64,000 nt of DNA from Schmidtea polychroa. Taxonomy: Eukaryota. Positions 36,501 to 49,430 of this stretch are shown piece by piece. The notes under the pieces are model-generated. The model saw only the letters and a program-made list of their open reading frames with translations. It made no database searches and was not told the origin of the DNA. The stretch is from positions 52,020,001 to 52,084,000 of the forward strand of contig CM097885.1 in NCBI GenBank assembly GCA_044892525.1, written 5' to 3'. The position numbers and the translations under genes were made by a program. Each line of letters starts with the position of its first letter. Within the stretch, counting starts at the first letter, position 1.

Positions 36501-39500
36501 GATTTGCATAAATCCTAACAATTTTAAATATTTCTTTTTGCTCACACGTATTGAAAATCACGGTTCCTAAACATTTCATTCTAACACTTGTAAAAATAAG
36601 TAGGCTAAAATCTTGCGTGGTTTTAATGAGTATTATTTACCCAGTAATATGTGGCGCATTGTATCTTAGGTACTGGGCCTATTTTATCGCATACAGACAT
36701 TAGCCGAAATCAAAATAAATTCTTACGTTATGGGGATTTTATAAGAAATTTATGTTTAATTATTTTTAATAATAGACAATTTTCGATTAATGGTTAAAAT
36801 TAAGAACTTAATTGTTAATTATAATTATATAGAGAATTACTTTGATGCACTTATAAAGGAACTTAGAAATTCTACACATCAGTTTTACTGTATTTATTCT
36901 TTGATAATTATATTTTTGATTTTTTCTTCCCCAGATTAAATTGTTTTACTTTTATAATGTTCTTTTTAATTTTTGTAACATTTTTCTTAAATTACATAAT
37001 ATTGTATATCTTTTATTGATTTCTTAAATAATTATTTCAATTAATTAATCGATATATTTTATTACTTATCGATTTTCTTTGAAATTGAGTTTTGATTATT
37101 TTTAATTTTCTAAATTAAATTATAATATTTTGAATTAAATAAAATTGTTCCGTCACTAAAAGGAAAAATAATAATTTTTAAATATATCGATTAAAAAAAT
37201 TTTTTTTTATAAGATCGAGATTTTTTACAAATATAAATACCAAATTGATGAAATGAAAATTCATTAATGAATCTCAAAAATTTTCCACCGAAAAATGTGT
37301 GACTGATGTAAGATTTCTTCCTTTAATAAGGGTACACCATTTCCAAATTCAGTTAACTATAAGCATGAAAATGTGTGCACTGTCCGGTGAAATCACAAAC
37401 ACAGGGCAAAAGCGAAATACCTCCGATTCTATTCGCAAACATCATTATGAAAAACTAGCAACCACAAAATGTCACGTGAATACTAAGTACACATTGTCTA
37501 CTTATAGCAGATTCAATTTGGAAATGGTGTAACATAAAGTGGATCATGTGTAAATAATATTGTGACAATTACTAACTAAAACATGAATTTCGAAAATTAT
37601 GTAATGAGAGCAAAAATATGCTTTGAATTGAATTATAAACTAGACACCATAATTAGATAATTCTTTCCTATAATAATTCGCATTCATCTGTTAGGTGGAA
37701 TTTGATGAACCTTTAATTAGCAAGCCAGAAGATATTGAAACACCACGAATTGCCAATATCGAAGTTAGTTTAAAAGTTTACAAGCTTATTTTTACTTGAA
37801 ATTCGACTTTAGTCCGATGAAGAAGACGATTATCGGATTGTTAGTGGGGATTCTCGAAATTTCAAGGTATTTTCTAATTAATTATTGAACACATTTAGTC
37901 AATTGTTACCGTAAAATCTGAATAATAAGCTGCATCCCATATATTTAATCACTAAAATGTTTTTAGTCTTATAAATACTATAATTATTGTAAAATATCAG
38001 AAATCAATATTAAAGTGTTTAATTTTATTATTGAATCAATTACATTTCACAATTTGGAATATATACAAATCAATATTTCCATTCGTTTACTTTCATCATA
38101 AAATAAATCGAACTCCTCTTCTGACAGAATTTAATATGCCTGCAATCTTTCATCTTCATTCTCTGTTCAATTATCGACATATTTATTTGAAAGTTTATCC
38201 AAAAAATATATTAATTATTAATAATTAAATCGATTATTATATATATTGTATTAGAAAATTATTTTACAATTATTGGATTATGAAATATTTGAATTTATAA
38301 CCAGCCACGTCATTCACTTCAAATATGTTATGAAAAAATGATTTTTTACGGTCCACAATAATCCTTTCACCGGTTTCATTTTTGTATATTAATTGATTTT
38401 GTATTTCAATTATTTCTCAACTTGTATTGAAAAATGATATTTTTTACTTAATTTAAGGTTTTCGGTGGGTTCGGTATTCGATTAGATGGGAAAAAGAAAG
38501 ATTCGCCATCTATCATTGAACCATCTTTTGCCATAACTCAGGAACGGTAACAAAATCGGAATCTGGATAAACATTTTCTATTGATTTTCTTATTTCAGTG
38601 GGAGACCAAACTATGACTACAAACCTGGCCTATTGACGTTTTGTAGATCCAAACCTATTAATAATCAGGTTTGTATTGATTTTCTTATTTTTCACGATCG
38701 AATATATTAAAAACGGCAATGCGGAAAACTTGTGTTAAATATAAAATAAAATATCGGTCGATATTCTGAAATGAAAATACCTTATTGATAAATCAATATA
38801 TTTTGTTTGTACACATAACAAATGATAACTCAACAAAAACGCATTCGGTCTCAAATGTGACCAATGAAGCTATTGCATGTCCTGATCTGGTGATCCTCAA
38901 TAATCAACAAGTTCTAAACACAAAATCGATTTAGTATACAAAAACATTGATTCCCGACTTTGTTCCAAAGGGAAAATATCTTCAGGATGTTTTCTCTTTA
39001 AATATTCTATTGACTATTTTTCCTTGATCTTGTTTTTTCTCCGTAAACCTTCTACTATTCAATAATTCCCGATGCAGTTATTTATTCATAGGATTCACAA
39101 TATTCCAGCCCGATTAAACTAAGTTTATAGTATAATAAATTTTGCCTTTGTGTTGAAAAAACTTCATGATTTTTTTTTGATTTTTGTCTAATCAATGAAT
39201 ATTTTCTTACATGTGCAACAAAGACAAATATTATCGGTAGATGGTAAGTTTAAAGTTATATTTTTTTATTTTAAGTTTTTTAAAAAATATTTTTAATTAT
39301 TAAATATTAATATTATTTTTATTGAAATTAAACTTTCGTATTTATTATGAATTTATGAATCATTTGTGATTTATTTTCGAAAACCGGGATTTATAAAATT
39401 TTTATTTAACCCTACACTGCATGACTTTTTATATTTGATACTTTGTACACTTTCACTTAAACTGTAAGACGTTTTAAAAATTGATTTGGTAATACAAAAC

Positions 39501-41597
39501 TATTGAGAATTACATTACGGTTTTTTTGTATTATATTGCAAATATAGCCAATACAATGTAATATGAGAGAACATTTACCGAGAACAAGAGCGAGACAGTT
39601 TTTATTCTAATAAGATAATTGTGTATCACCAGTGATACAATATGCAGTGTAGGGTTAAATACAGAGATTTTTAAAGCTATTTATATGATTATTTTTATGT
39701 GATTACAGTCATTTTCGCCTTGTTACGTGACTTTGATCAATATTTTTAAATCAATTTTCTGAGTATTTACAAATAATTAATCTTAAATTCAATATTTCGA
39801 TTAATAAAATACTTTTTTCCATGGACTTGAACAATTTCCAAATTGCTTATTTTTATCATTCAAAATTCCCAAAATAAATTTTGTTGTCCCACAAACGGCG
39901 AATAATAAGTATCTAAATGATATTGATTTAGCGTTTCAATAATATTACAAAAATTTCCCGTAAATAAATTTTGTCCAAAAGTTGAATAAATTATGTAGCC
40001 CTCTACACCGCTTTGTATTTGATAAAAATTCATGCCCACCAAACCAGGGCTTTGTTCATCAATTGCGCTATTGGGTAATCTTAATTTCATAGCGGAGGAC
40101 CGTAAATTCGTCTTAAGGATTGTGTAAATCATGGCATTCATTTTGTCATCAATCAATGCTAATTTCCCCATTTTCAGTTCATTGAATCCCAAATCATAAT
40201 ATTTCTTCCACCTAGCTGCTTATTTTTTGGGCTTCACCTTCCTTTATCCATATTTTGCTGATGCTACCCAGATTGAATTTGGATTCGTCAAACCATTAAA
40301 CTCTTTCCAAAAAGAAATCAGCATCCTATCAAATCTTTTTGAAAATTGTAGACGACGTTTCTTTGCTTGTTATCAAGGTTTTTATGCACTACTCTGACCT
40401 TGAATCCATGTTCTCTGATGCGGATTCTGATTTTTTGAGACATGATGATGATCCCATAATTATTTTGCAATTTCAACGTGAACTTTGAAGCGGAAATAAA
40501 TCGATAGCTTTCCACATAAATTATAATATTCTGACCATTAGAGTCAGTTATCTTTCGTTTTCATCTTCTAGTACTTCTTGGTAGATATCTGAATCTGTTG
40601 TTATTTCTTTCATACTGAACAAGTCTAGTCATTCTTCGGTTACGTTCAATTCTGTGTTCACGCCACGGACAAAAATTGCAAGTTGTGCAGTATCAGTGAT
40701 ATTCATACAAATAAATTGAAAAATATTCATACGTTTGATTAAATTGTTTGCGACGTTTTCTTCTATTTCGTACTTCGACTGACTACAGTATACCACGATA
40801 AGTTTAATTTACTGAATAGATTTTCTTTTCCAGTGCATATTATACCAGCGGCTATTTTGAGACATTATTTTACCGTTAGTTTCTTAGATAAAATGTGGTT
40901 TTTTTCATAGGTAGCTCTTACGCAAGCCTCCCTATCAACTGACAGCTTTGTGAATGAACTCTGTTGTCCATTAAGCTATTTTGCATTATACTTAACTTGT
41001 CTTTTCTTAACTGACCTGTAAACTTTTCATATTTTTCTTCGTGTTTTTTGCATGTAGTGGCGTTTAATATTGTATTTTTTCATCGCGGCAAGTTTCTCAG
41101 AACAAATTAAGCACAAAGGTGAACTTTTGTGACATTTCAGAAGATTAAATTTTTGACTTCTGAAACGGTTTTTCATTGTGAATTTTCAAAGACAGATTTT
41201 ATATAATTGTACGCAGTAGTGCAAATATTTTTGCACGTTTCTCCAAAAACATTGGCTTTGAAGCACTCATTTAATTTAATTTACTTTAATTTGTAATTAA
41301 TCCTAATTTTTAAAATTAATCATAACTGAAAAGAATTTGTTTTTTCCTCTTTTAATTCAACCCGTTATTTCAATTTCTTAATGATAGGCAGTGAATGAGT
41401 TAATATCACTTTTTAAAATTTTTATTTTATTTTAAAATTACTTAATTTTAACTGAATTTTCAACTCTGGAACCGAATGTGCATTGCTATGGTATATCAGT
41501 AATCATTAACAATATATTGCTTATCTAGGGAGATATTCAAACCAATGAAGATATTTTATTTCCCGGAGAAGGGAAAACCCTGAAAGAAAGAAAATGA
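30527..41597 (+). CDS. UFD1: Ubiquitin recognition factor in ER-associated degradation 1 (p97/Cdc48 cofactor), 11 exons, 294 aa
   Basis: Exons 30527-30632, 30673-30705, 30750-30871, 30914-31044, 31149-31221, 33711-33779, 37695-37763, 37813-37866, 38458-38546, 38599-38668, 41529-41597; all GT-AG and in phase. Hallmarks: [71 protein letters not shown] boxes [10 protein letters not shown] and FPGEGKTL, and [12 protein letters not shown]. Confidence 0.96.
32077..32203. repeat. ~29-bp inverted repeat with ~70-bp spacer
   Basis: TCAATTATCATAAAAAATCAGACAATTTT ... AAAATTTGTCTGATTTTTTATGATAATTGA, in UFD1 intron 5. Confidence 0.8.
34110..34552. repeat. Tandem repeat: 235-bp unit x ~2, itself made of two related subunits of ~110-125 bp
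   Basis: AACTTTAGTCTAAAAACCAAAAAAT at 34131 and 34366; the related AACTTT(T/A)GTCTAAAGATCAAAAAT at ~34258 and ~34492. Confidence 0.85.
36301..36563. mobile_element. Degenerate hAT Charlie-type MITE
   Basis: TAGTGATTCTCAACC...TTGAAAATCACGG imperfect TIRs; TSD not clean. Confidence 0.4.
37335..37529. mobile_element. Tc1/mariner-type MITE
   Basis: TA|CACCATTTCCAAATT ... AATTTGGAAATGGTG|TA: perfect 15-bp TIR with TA TSD. Confidence 0.85.
39410..39654. mobile_element. piggyBac-type MITE
   Basis: TTAA|CCCTACACTGCAT ... ATGCAGTGTAGGG|TTAA: perfect 13-bp TIR, TTAA TSD, subterminal palindrome TGTATCAC-CA-GTGATACA. Confidence 0.9.
39860..41170 (-). pseudogene. Degraded hAT transposase (GTF2IRD2/SPIN/Buster-like) in the last UFD1 intron
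   Basis: Minus-strand fragments [49 protein letters not shown] and STFGQN; many stops and frameshifts. Confidence 0.7.
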
Positions 41598-42268
41598 AGA
41601 TTTCTTGAAATGTTTTTGTTATTAATTAATAAATCATTTGAAAAATAGTTTGATTTTTATATAAATATAAATAAAAGAACACCATCTAAGATTTATATAA
41701 GAATACCATTTAATTTGTAAATTAGGGTAAACATTGACTTAGTGTACTTTTTTATTGAACCGGAATAATTTCAGTAAACTATTTCTTAGAGTTCTTGAAA
41801 ACATTGAGAACCCCATTTGTATTTCATATATAAAAAAAGTTTAAATTTTTTGTCCCTTGCGTACATATAAAATAGCAATAAATGCATCAAATTTTGCAGG
41901 GGTTTGTTTCTAATCAAATCTTAAAACATGAAATGCGAGTACTTATTTTCCCTTTCATTTGCTGTTGGTCTCCTTACCTCCCTAGTAATATTGTGAATTG
42001 ACGCTCGTCCAATTGTTGAACCTATGATTTCTTGCGAATCTATCCCATTGGTCACAATTTCAATAAACCGATCCCTTGCAATAATTTCATTTTCAGGGCT
42101 TAATAACAACCTTGATGTATTTCCTCTTCGTATATTGAATTATTCTCTTCTTCATGTGTGCCTAAGGATTCGTATCCTGTAGTTTCAAATGAATCCAAAT
42201 GTTCTATGTTATACACTTCATTTCCAGATAGTTCATCTTCGCTGGATCCCGAACATTTTTCAGTTATA

Positions 42269-43092
42269 CCCCGGCCTACAAAAAGTCTCCAGTCAGGCAG
42301 TTATTTACATATTGCAGTCTATAATGAACAGCAATGGAAACAAATGTCACAAACACACACGAATACTGAATGTCTGTAGTGATGAGAGAGTTAGAACTTC
42401 GTTAAATTACCTTTCATCTGGATAACAAGACACACTCGTTTTGGCATTTTATCGACCACCTTTGCCAGGAAATCAGGGGAGATGTGTGACTATTCTTCAT
42501 GCATATGCTTTTCCAGTTCGGAGGCGTTACAGGCAATGAGAATCCTTTTGCGAACTCCTCTACCAAGGACGTCCTATAGAAACTCAATAGGATTCAGATC
42601 AGGGCTTTGTGGAACCCAATCCGAAATGTTGATGCTGTCCTGCAGAAAGAATTCATTTATAATGTGCAAAGTATGTGTTGGAAAATGAACCGCTCAATTT
42701 CTGGAGAACGGGAACAAGCTCATTATCCAGAATGGCACGATATTCCATTGACGTCATGTGATTGCTGCACTTCATTAGAGAGCCAGTTCCACGAGCTGAG
42801 AAAAGACTCCAAAACATGATGTAGCCTCCTCAGTTGGCCAAATGCAATCAAGGTGAAATCGTTCTCCTACACGACGCCCGCAGAATTGCTGTCCATTGTT
42901 GTGTCTAGTGTGAGTAGTCATATTCTGTGTGTATCTGTGTGTGAGTGCATGTGTGTGTACATGTGCGCATACAGCATGTTGAAGGTGTTGGTAACCTTTT
43001 TTCCCATTGCTATTCGTATTTGCACTGCAGACGTTCATTATAAACTGTAATTAGTAAATAAATGCCTAACAGAGACTTTTGGTAGGGCTGGG
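42269..43092 (-). mobile_element. Internally deleted Tc1-like transposon
   Basis: Degenerate TIRs >60 bp (TA|CCCCGGCCTACAAAAAGTCTC / GAGACTTTTGGTAGGGCTGGG|TA). Minus-strand remnants GGYIMFWSLFS and DWVPQSPDLNPIE...KMPKRVCLVI. Confidence 0.85.
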
Positions 43093-46000
43093 TATTTAAT
43101 TTTAATAATTTGATATATGTTGAATTTTTTTGACATTCTAAAGAAGAAAATTATCAACATAGTAATGAAATAAGAATTCTTGACACACAAAATAGTGCTT
43201 TAGTTGTGCTACTTAGATTTTTCCTGCTCGAGTTTTGACTTCACTGATCTCCATATATCATCTCTTGTCCTAATATCGTTTTTGCTTGATTTCCATTGGA
43301 GTCGATAAATATCTTCTGATTTTCTCTTGAGAATTATCTGTTTAGTTCTTCAACACATCTAGTTGATATAATTCTTTGTTGGCTATGTAAAAATTTTTTG
43401 TAAGAAATTCTGCGAGAAAGTTTTAAAGGGCCATTTTACCCGTCGAAGCAGTTATAGTGTTAAAGATCATTAAAATCTAGATGTGTCAGTTATTTGAACT
43501 TTCTGGCAGCTGGATATGTCAATAACGAATATAACAATAAATATCTGGGTATAATTCCAATATTTGCGAGATTGTGAAATTTAAAATAAAAATATTTGGC
43601 TTTTTAAACTTTATTTTATTCGATACTAATTAAAAATGAACATAATAAAGTGTTAATATTTATTACAGTCATTTCTAAAATAATATTTAATGAATACCAA
43701 AGCGTTCAATAGAAATTGAAGTTTACTTCTTAATTTGGTTGAAAATGTACAAGCCACCTAGAAAACTCATTGTTGGTAGAGGTAAGTTGAATTTTACGAA
43801 GGGATTACAAAGGCTTTCGTAGTTGTGAGTTGGTTTTCCATTTACTTCAAGAAGTTTAAAATCTTTTTGAAAAGAGTCAATTAATTTGAAATTTTGTTGA
43901 AGTTTCACTTGACATAGAAGCTACAGATATATTCAATTCCATAACAAATGTAATTGATTCACAAATTTCATCCTCGCATTCGTACAAAGACATTGGGTTT
44001 TCATTTTCTGATACTAAATACAATTGACTTATGATATATTTTGCACATATCCTACGCTCAAATAACCTATTTTTCTATGCAATCTTGGATCCCTAGAATG
44101 AAACTGTATGCTATTAATCAGTATAAATGCATTAGTTGGGCAGTGTAAATGTTTCTCTCTTAATAGTAGATTGAATTTGGAAATGGCATAAGTTACAGTT
44201 AAGTTAAATATGTCATGAACTTGTGACAAAAATTATTATTTATATTAATTTTGTTTTACAGAGATTTGAACACAATCTTACAAAAGTTCAAAAAATCTAT
44301 CACAATTAAAACAATGACAGAAATTACCGAAAAAAACAAAAAAACATTTCTTACAAAATTACTGGCTTCAAAGAAATTGTCGCGCATTGCTATTTGAAGT
44401 GATAAAGTTTATCATATTCCTGGTGTTCCACATTTTAATGGAACCAGGAGAAAAGTCAGTCACATCAATATATTGCAACAAGAAGAGTGAAAATAAATTT
44501 TTCAGGAAAATAAGCTGGAAAAGAATGTCTAGAATTTTGCTAATAATTTCCTAGAAATACAGACTACTCCCGTTAATTTGCTACTCGAATAGAGTCATGG
44601 CTGATTTAATTGGGGTTGGAGATGAGAATTTAGAAAATTCACAGTGACGAAAGCAATTACCGATAGTCACTGGAATTATGAGTTCCTATGCTTTCTTAAA
44701 AAGTGTCTGTAATAAATTTATGTCGGTGGAACCATGTCTCAAGAAAACAAATCTAATGCGTGAGCATTAATTGCCGAGAATAGCACTTGAAAGATTCATC
44801 ATCCTTAGACTGAATTTTAGAAGTATTAAGAAATACATTATTTTTATGGAACTCATATTTTCAATAAATAGATGGGCGAGACAATTGTCAATGACACTAT
44901 TGCTTTCTGTGAAGTAATGACTTTGTTTTATTGTTTAAAATACGATTCAAATAAAGAAATGACCATCTACACATATTTGTTCTACACACAGTCCACTGCC
45001 AAACTTTGAACACTGTATCATTTAGGCAGTTTGAAGACTTACCAAATACGTAAAATGGACATTTGTTTGTCTCACCTGTATTTGAGCATAAGAGTACTGT
45101 TATACATTGTTTGCTATATATATAACCTCTTTAGTTTTTGTTATTTAAATGTAACAAACGGGTATTCGATTAACCAGGTACCCGCCAGTTAGTATGTATT
45201 TATAATAATTAAGTAAGTATCTATATAAATAGCGAAAGGGTGTCTATTGCAGTCTCAAAATAATTAGTTTTAAATTTGTTTTATCCAATCCATCAAATTG
45301 GAGAAAATATTAAACCCGTTTGCAATGAACAAAATCATCTATAATGTAAAAAAATAAATACGTGTATATTATATAAACTTACGAACTTACCTGTGTGTTG
45401 ATTTTTAGCGTTGCGATGAGCAAATGCATTTAACATAGAAAGTGGTAAAAAAAATAAACTGACACACACAGACACAACACATAGTAAAATATGCATGCAA
45501 AATTTCGATATGTAGAATCGTTGTAATGAATAATCGCACTATAATAAATCATTTACAAAAATCTTTTGAAATTTTTATCCACTTGCATCAAGCTGCTAAG
45601 AAGTGGGGGATCGTTATTACTACTTTCATTAACGATGACATTCATATTTAAATCTCACTTTTAATCTCCTTAATGACTGGTCAAATTAATGCTGGTTTTG
45701 TACAAACTCTTCAATTAATAATTGATGCTCTGGCAAACAACTAAATGCAAATAAAATTTCAAAATATATATAACACTTCCTATTATAAATAGTGCAAGTC
45801 AACAATATTTTGGTCCTAAACCCGATAGAAAATTCGTTTTCCAAATGGAAAAGTACTGTGATGACAATGCGACCTGAAAATGAAGAACAACTGATACGGT
45901 ATGTAGAAGAAGCAACTGATTTTTTTCGTGGCACGATTTTCAGGGATATTCGAGCAATATGACGAGGTATATTTCTAAATCGCTTTTAATGCTTGAAATT

Positions 46001-47348
46001 GATAGTTAAAATTTGGTATTTAGAATAAAATTTGGTTTTTGACTATATTGATTAGTAAAATTACATTTATTTTTTTATGACTATATTGAGTGAAAAAATG
46101 ACTGTAATGACTGAAAACCCCTATAATTAATCCACATGGAATGATTTGAACGGAATGTTAACAAAATTCTAAAATTCTACACAAATTGTAATTGTAGTTC
46201 AAATAAACAATAAATACGTCAATTGAAAAGAAATCAGTGGTGAAATTTGAAAAGAGTTCTTATAATAATAAAGTTTTATTTATTTTATTAATATTAAAAA
46301 AAACTACATGAATCAAAAATACATTTAATTAACAATAATTTTCAATTAATTTTCAAACAACAAAATTGTTGTAATTATTGTTATATTTATTCAGATTGCA
46401 AAATGCACATCAAAAATATTCAAATTTTACTACAATTTTTTTTACAAAATATCAATAAATTTCATTAATTATATTTAATGAAGAAATTTTTCATTTGCTA
46501 TATGGAATATTGAATTAATTAATTATTAGATAGATGATATTTTTTTGTCTGTATTTTAACGCTTGAATTATGCAAACAATGTATCTTATTACTATTAAAA
46601 AGAAATGTATAATTTATTAATATATTCAAAATAGCAAAGAAAAATTTCCTTTTCATAAAGCTTATTTGTTCAAATGAATGTACTATAATACATTAGTTTA
46701 TTAAATATATGCCTGGTCACATTTTTACAGTTTAAAACAAAAAAATTGACTAACAAATGCGTTTAACACGCTGTTTCCTAAATCTATAATGAAGAAAGTT
46801 GCCAGTAGGCTACAGTTAAAATTTTGATTAATTTTATTTAAATAACTGAAAAAATGATACATGTTGATTTTTATATATTTTATTTATATATTTTATTTAT
46901 ATATTTTATTTATTTATTTATTTTATATATTTTATTTATAGATTGATAAAGATGAGGATACAGAAACGATAAAACAATGATAGCAATATTTTCATGCCAT
47001 CGCAACATTTATATAACAACTTCAATGAGCTCCTCGTTCCTTTAGAAGGTTACAAATGAAGTAAAGATTTTGCTATAATAAAAATTGGAAGAAAGAAAAT
47101 ACTTTAAAATATATCTTTCTCATAATTATTTATGTATATTTCAGGTTTATTGTTACTGTTGTGATTCTTTTATTAAATAAAATCTGTTTCGCTCTCAATG
47201 CTGTGTATGAGATCGGTGAAATGTTCTCATTTTTGGCGTTTTCTGTTTTAAATAAACTTGAAACTAACAGAATAAATTAATGATTAATAATTATTGAAGT
47301 TAAAAACTGTTAATTGAATAATAAAATCTCGTTTGACTGGATTTGTCA

Positions 47349-48420
47349 TCAGTGGCGTAGGGAGGAGGGATAAAGGGGACAGTTTTCCCCGGCACATGGC
47401 TGGGGCGCAATATCAGTGACCAAAATGTATTTTTATTTTGCTTTACCTAGCAACTTCTATTTCTGTCCTTTAGAACAGTACAGATCTTGTCAGGCTGTGC
47501 AGTTAAAAGCTTGTTTAGATTATGCTCTATAGTATCTTCATCGCATAAGTGAATCGGGTTAGTCAATGTAGCAGCCTACAAATAACTGCTATTACTAAGT
47601 TTAGTTTCTTTATTGTTTCCCGCTGCTGGAGAGCTGAATGATGATGATGGATATATTCTAAATTAGAGAACATAGACACTGGACTTTATAATAGCACTAT
47701 CATACTGAGTTTATGTATTACAATTATGAATATAAATTAATAACATCTGTTTTGAGAGATATATAGCATTTAGTGCATGATGCCCTTGCACAGGGAATAA
47801 ATTTTGTTATGAGTGAGAAAGTGATAATAATTCTTATTTTCTTCACTGGACTGGTTTAATTGTATAATATTCAACTTGGTTAAGTGGATTAAAGCAATTT
47901 GAAAGTAATATTTCAGTTTGATGAACAATATTAAAAATTCATATTAAAATTTATTAGATAATTTTATTATTGTTGATTATTTAAATAAATATTAGCTAAC
48001 TATTTTTTTAATCATTTATAAATTTATGTCTCAATTCCAGATATGCTTGGAAAAAGGCCTAGTGGAGCTCAGCGAAGAAAAAGAAAGGTCGATGAAAGAT
48101 TCGGATCTAGTGATTCCAGTAAACTACTGGAATATTTTTTGAATATAGCAAAGTCAACATCCGAAGAAAGCCAACAGCCTGAGGTTACTGATGTTGATGA
48201 ATTTCATGATCAACCAAGTGAACAGCACAATCAAGAACACAAACATTACAGCCATTAATAACTTCATCTGAGTCTGAAGAAGAAGAAAATGATATCACTT
48301 TTCATAGGCCTAATCCAATTCCACCTGTGCTTATGTTCGGCGACGTTGACTATTTGGATTTTGACTAAACATCACAATTGACTATAATTTTTCAACAGCT
48401 TTGGAAAAAGATGGTACCTC
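47349..48420 (+). mobile_element. 5' fragment of a hAT Tip100/ZMYM-like transposon
   Basis: CAGTGGCGTAG terminus at 47349; the ORF at 48043 begins MLGKRPSGAQRRKRK, an N-terminus typical of this transposase group, then decays. Confidence 0.55.
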
Positions 48421-48454
48421 GATGTATCCTTGAAAATCGTAAAAATCATAAAAT

Positions 48455-48975
48455 TTGAGTTGACCTACATATTTTTTACTTGACCTTCTTAATATATAGA
48501 CTGTCCTGGAGGTGACACGTGTTTAAATTTGATTTACCTACTTATTTTAAACTTGACCTACATATTTTTAAAAAATTTTCTAAGTATTTGAGTTGACCTA
48601 CATAAAAACTCAAATTATTCTTTATTTATTGTCCATTACACACATGCACGCATAAAGTTAGTTTTTCTACACCCATATATATATATATATACTTTGAGTT
48701 AGACTAATTATTGAAAATATATTATAAAAATTTTCGATTTTTAAAAGTTGTTGAATGATCCCTTATTTATTGCTTATTACACGCACACATTAAGTCAGTT
48801 TTCTATATATACTTTGAGTTAGCCTATTTATTGAAAATATATCATGTATGAATGTGACCTACATAATTTTTGAGTTGACCTACTTATTTTTAAAAAATGT
48901 TCAAGGTATTTGAGTTGACCTACATTACAAAAAATTTTTCGGAGGGGGATGGGTTAGTTAGCGGGTCCCTAACCA
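48455..48975. repeat. Cluster of TTGAGTTGACCTAC direct repeats, probably a DNA-transposon subterminal region
   Basis: About 7 copies of (GAG)TTGACCTAC plus a duplicated TATATACTTTGAGTTAG..TA.TTATTGAAAATATAT block; ends in a GC-rich terminus-like stretch. Confidence 0.55.
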
Positions 48976-49029
48976 TCTACTTATATTTTAATACAAATTG
49001 TGACCACAATGTCAATAAACTGTTATCAT

Positions 49030-49430
49030 GAAAACCTAAATGAATTAGGGAAGTTTTTAATTGCTTTTAATTGGAATTCGAGAAGTCTTATACCACCAAA
49101 AGAAATTTGGTCGCCATGAAATACTGATTTTGATTAGAAGAGTAAGCACTTCTCAAATTTAAGTTGGAGATTATGTTTGTTTAAGATCTTTTTTGTGTTT
49201 CGATCATAGTTGAGGCAATAATAGTGTCATCAACGTAAGCTCTTGAGTGTCTTTCAACAATTTTCCAATGTGGCGTTGAAATTTAGTCTGAAGGTCATGT
49301 ACTCAAATAAGGCAAATCTTGAAATTACAACGATTTTAGAAATGGATTCTGGTTCGACTGGAATTTGGTCGTAAGCTTTAACCAAACCCAAGGAAAAAAC
49401 CAGAGCAACCTGAAAACCTTGATAACATGT
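49030..49430 (-). pseudogene. Ty3/Gypsy reverse transcriptase relic
   Basis: LVKAYDQIPVEPESISKIVVISRFALFEY ... AYVDDTIIAS ... NLQLKFEKC match Gypsy RT motifs (DLxKAYHQIPV, TPFGLFEY, YVDD). Confidence 0.75.

Noticed and set aside
43700..44900. Coding-looking sequence (short minus-strand ORFs; possible integrase-like YRTTP remnant)
   Set aside because: Too degraded to assign; no coherent exon structure.
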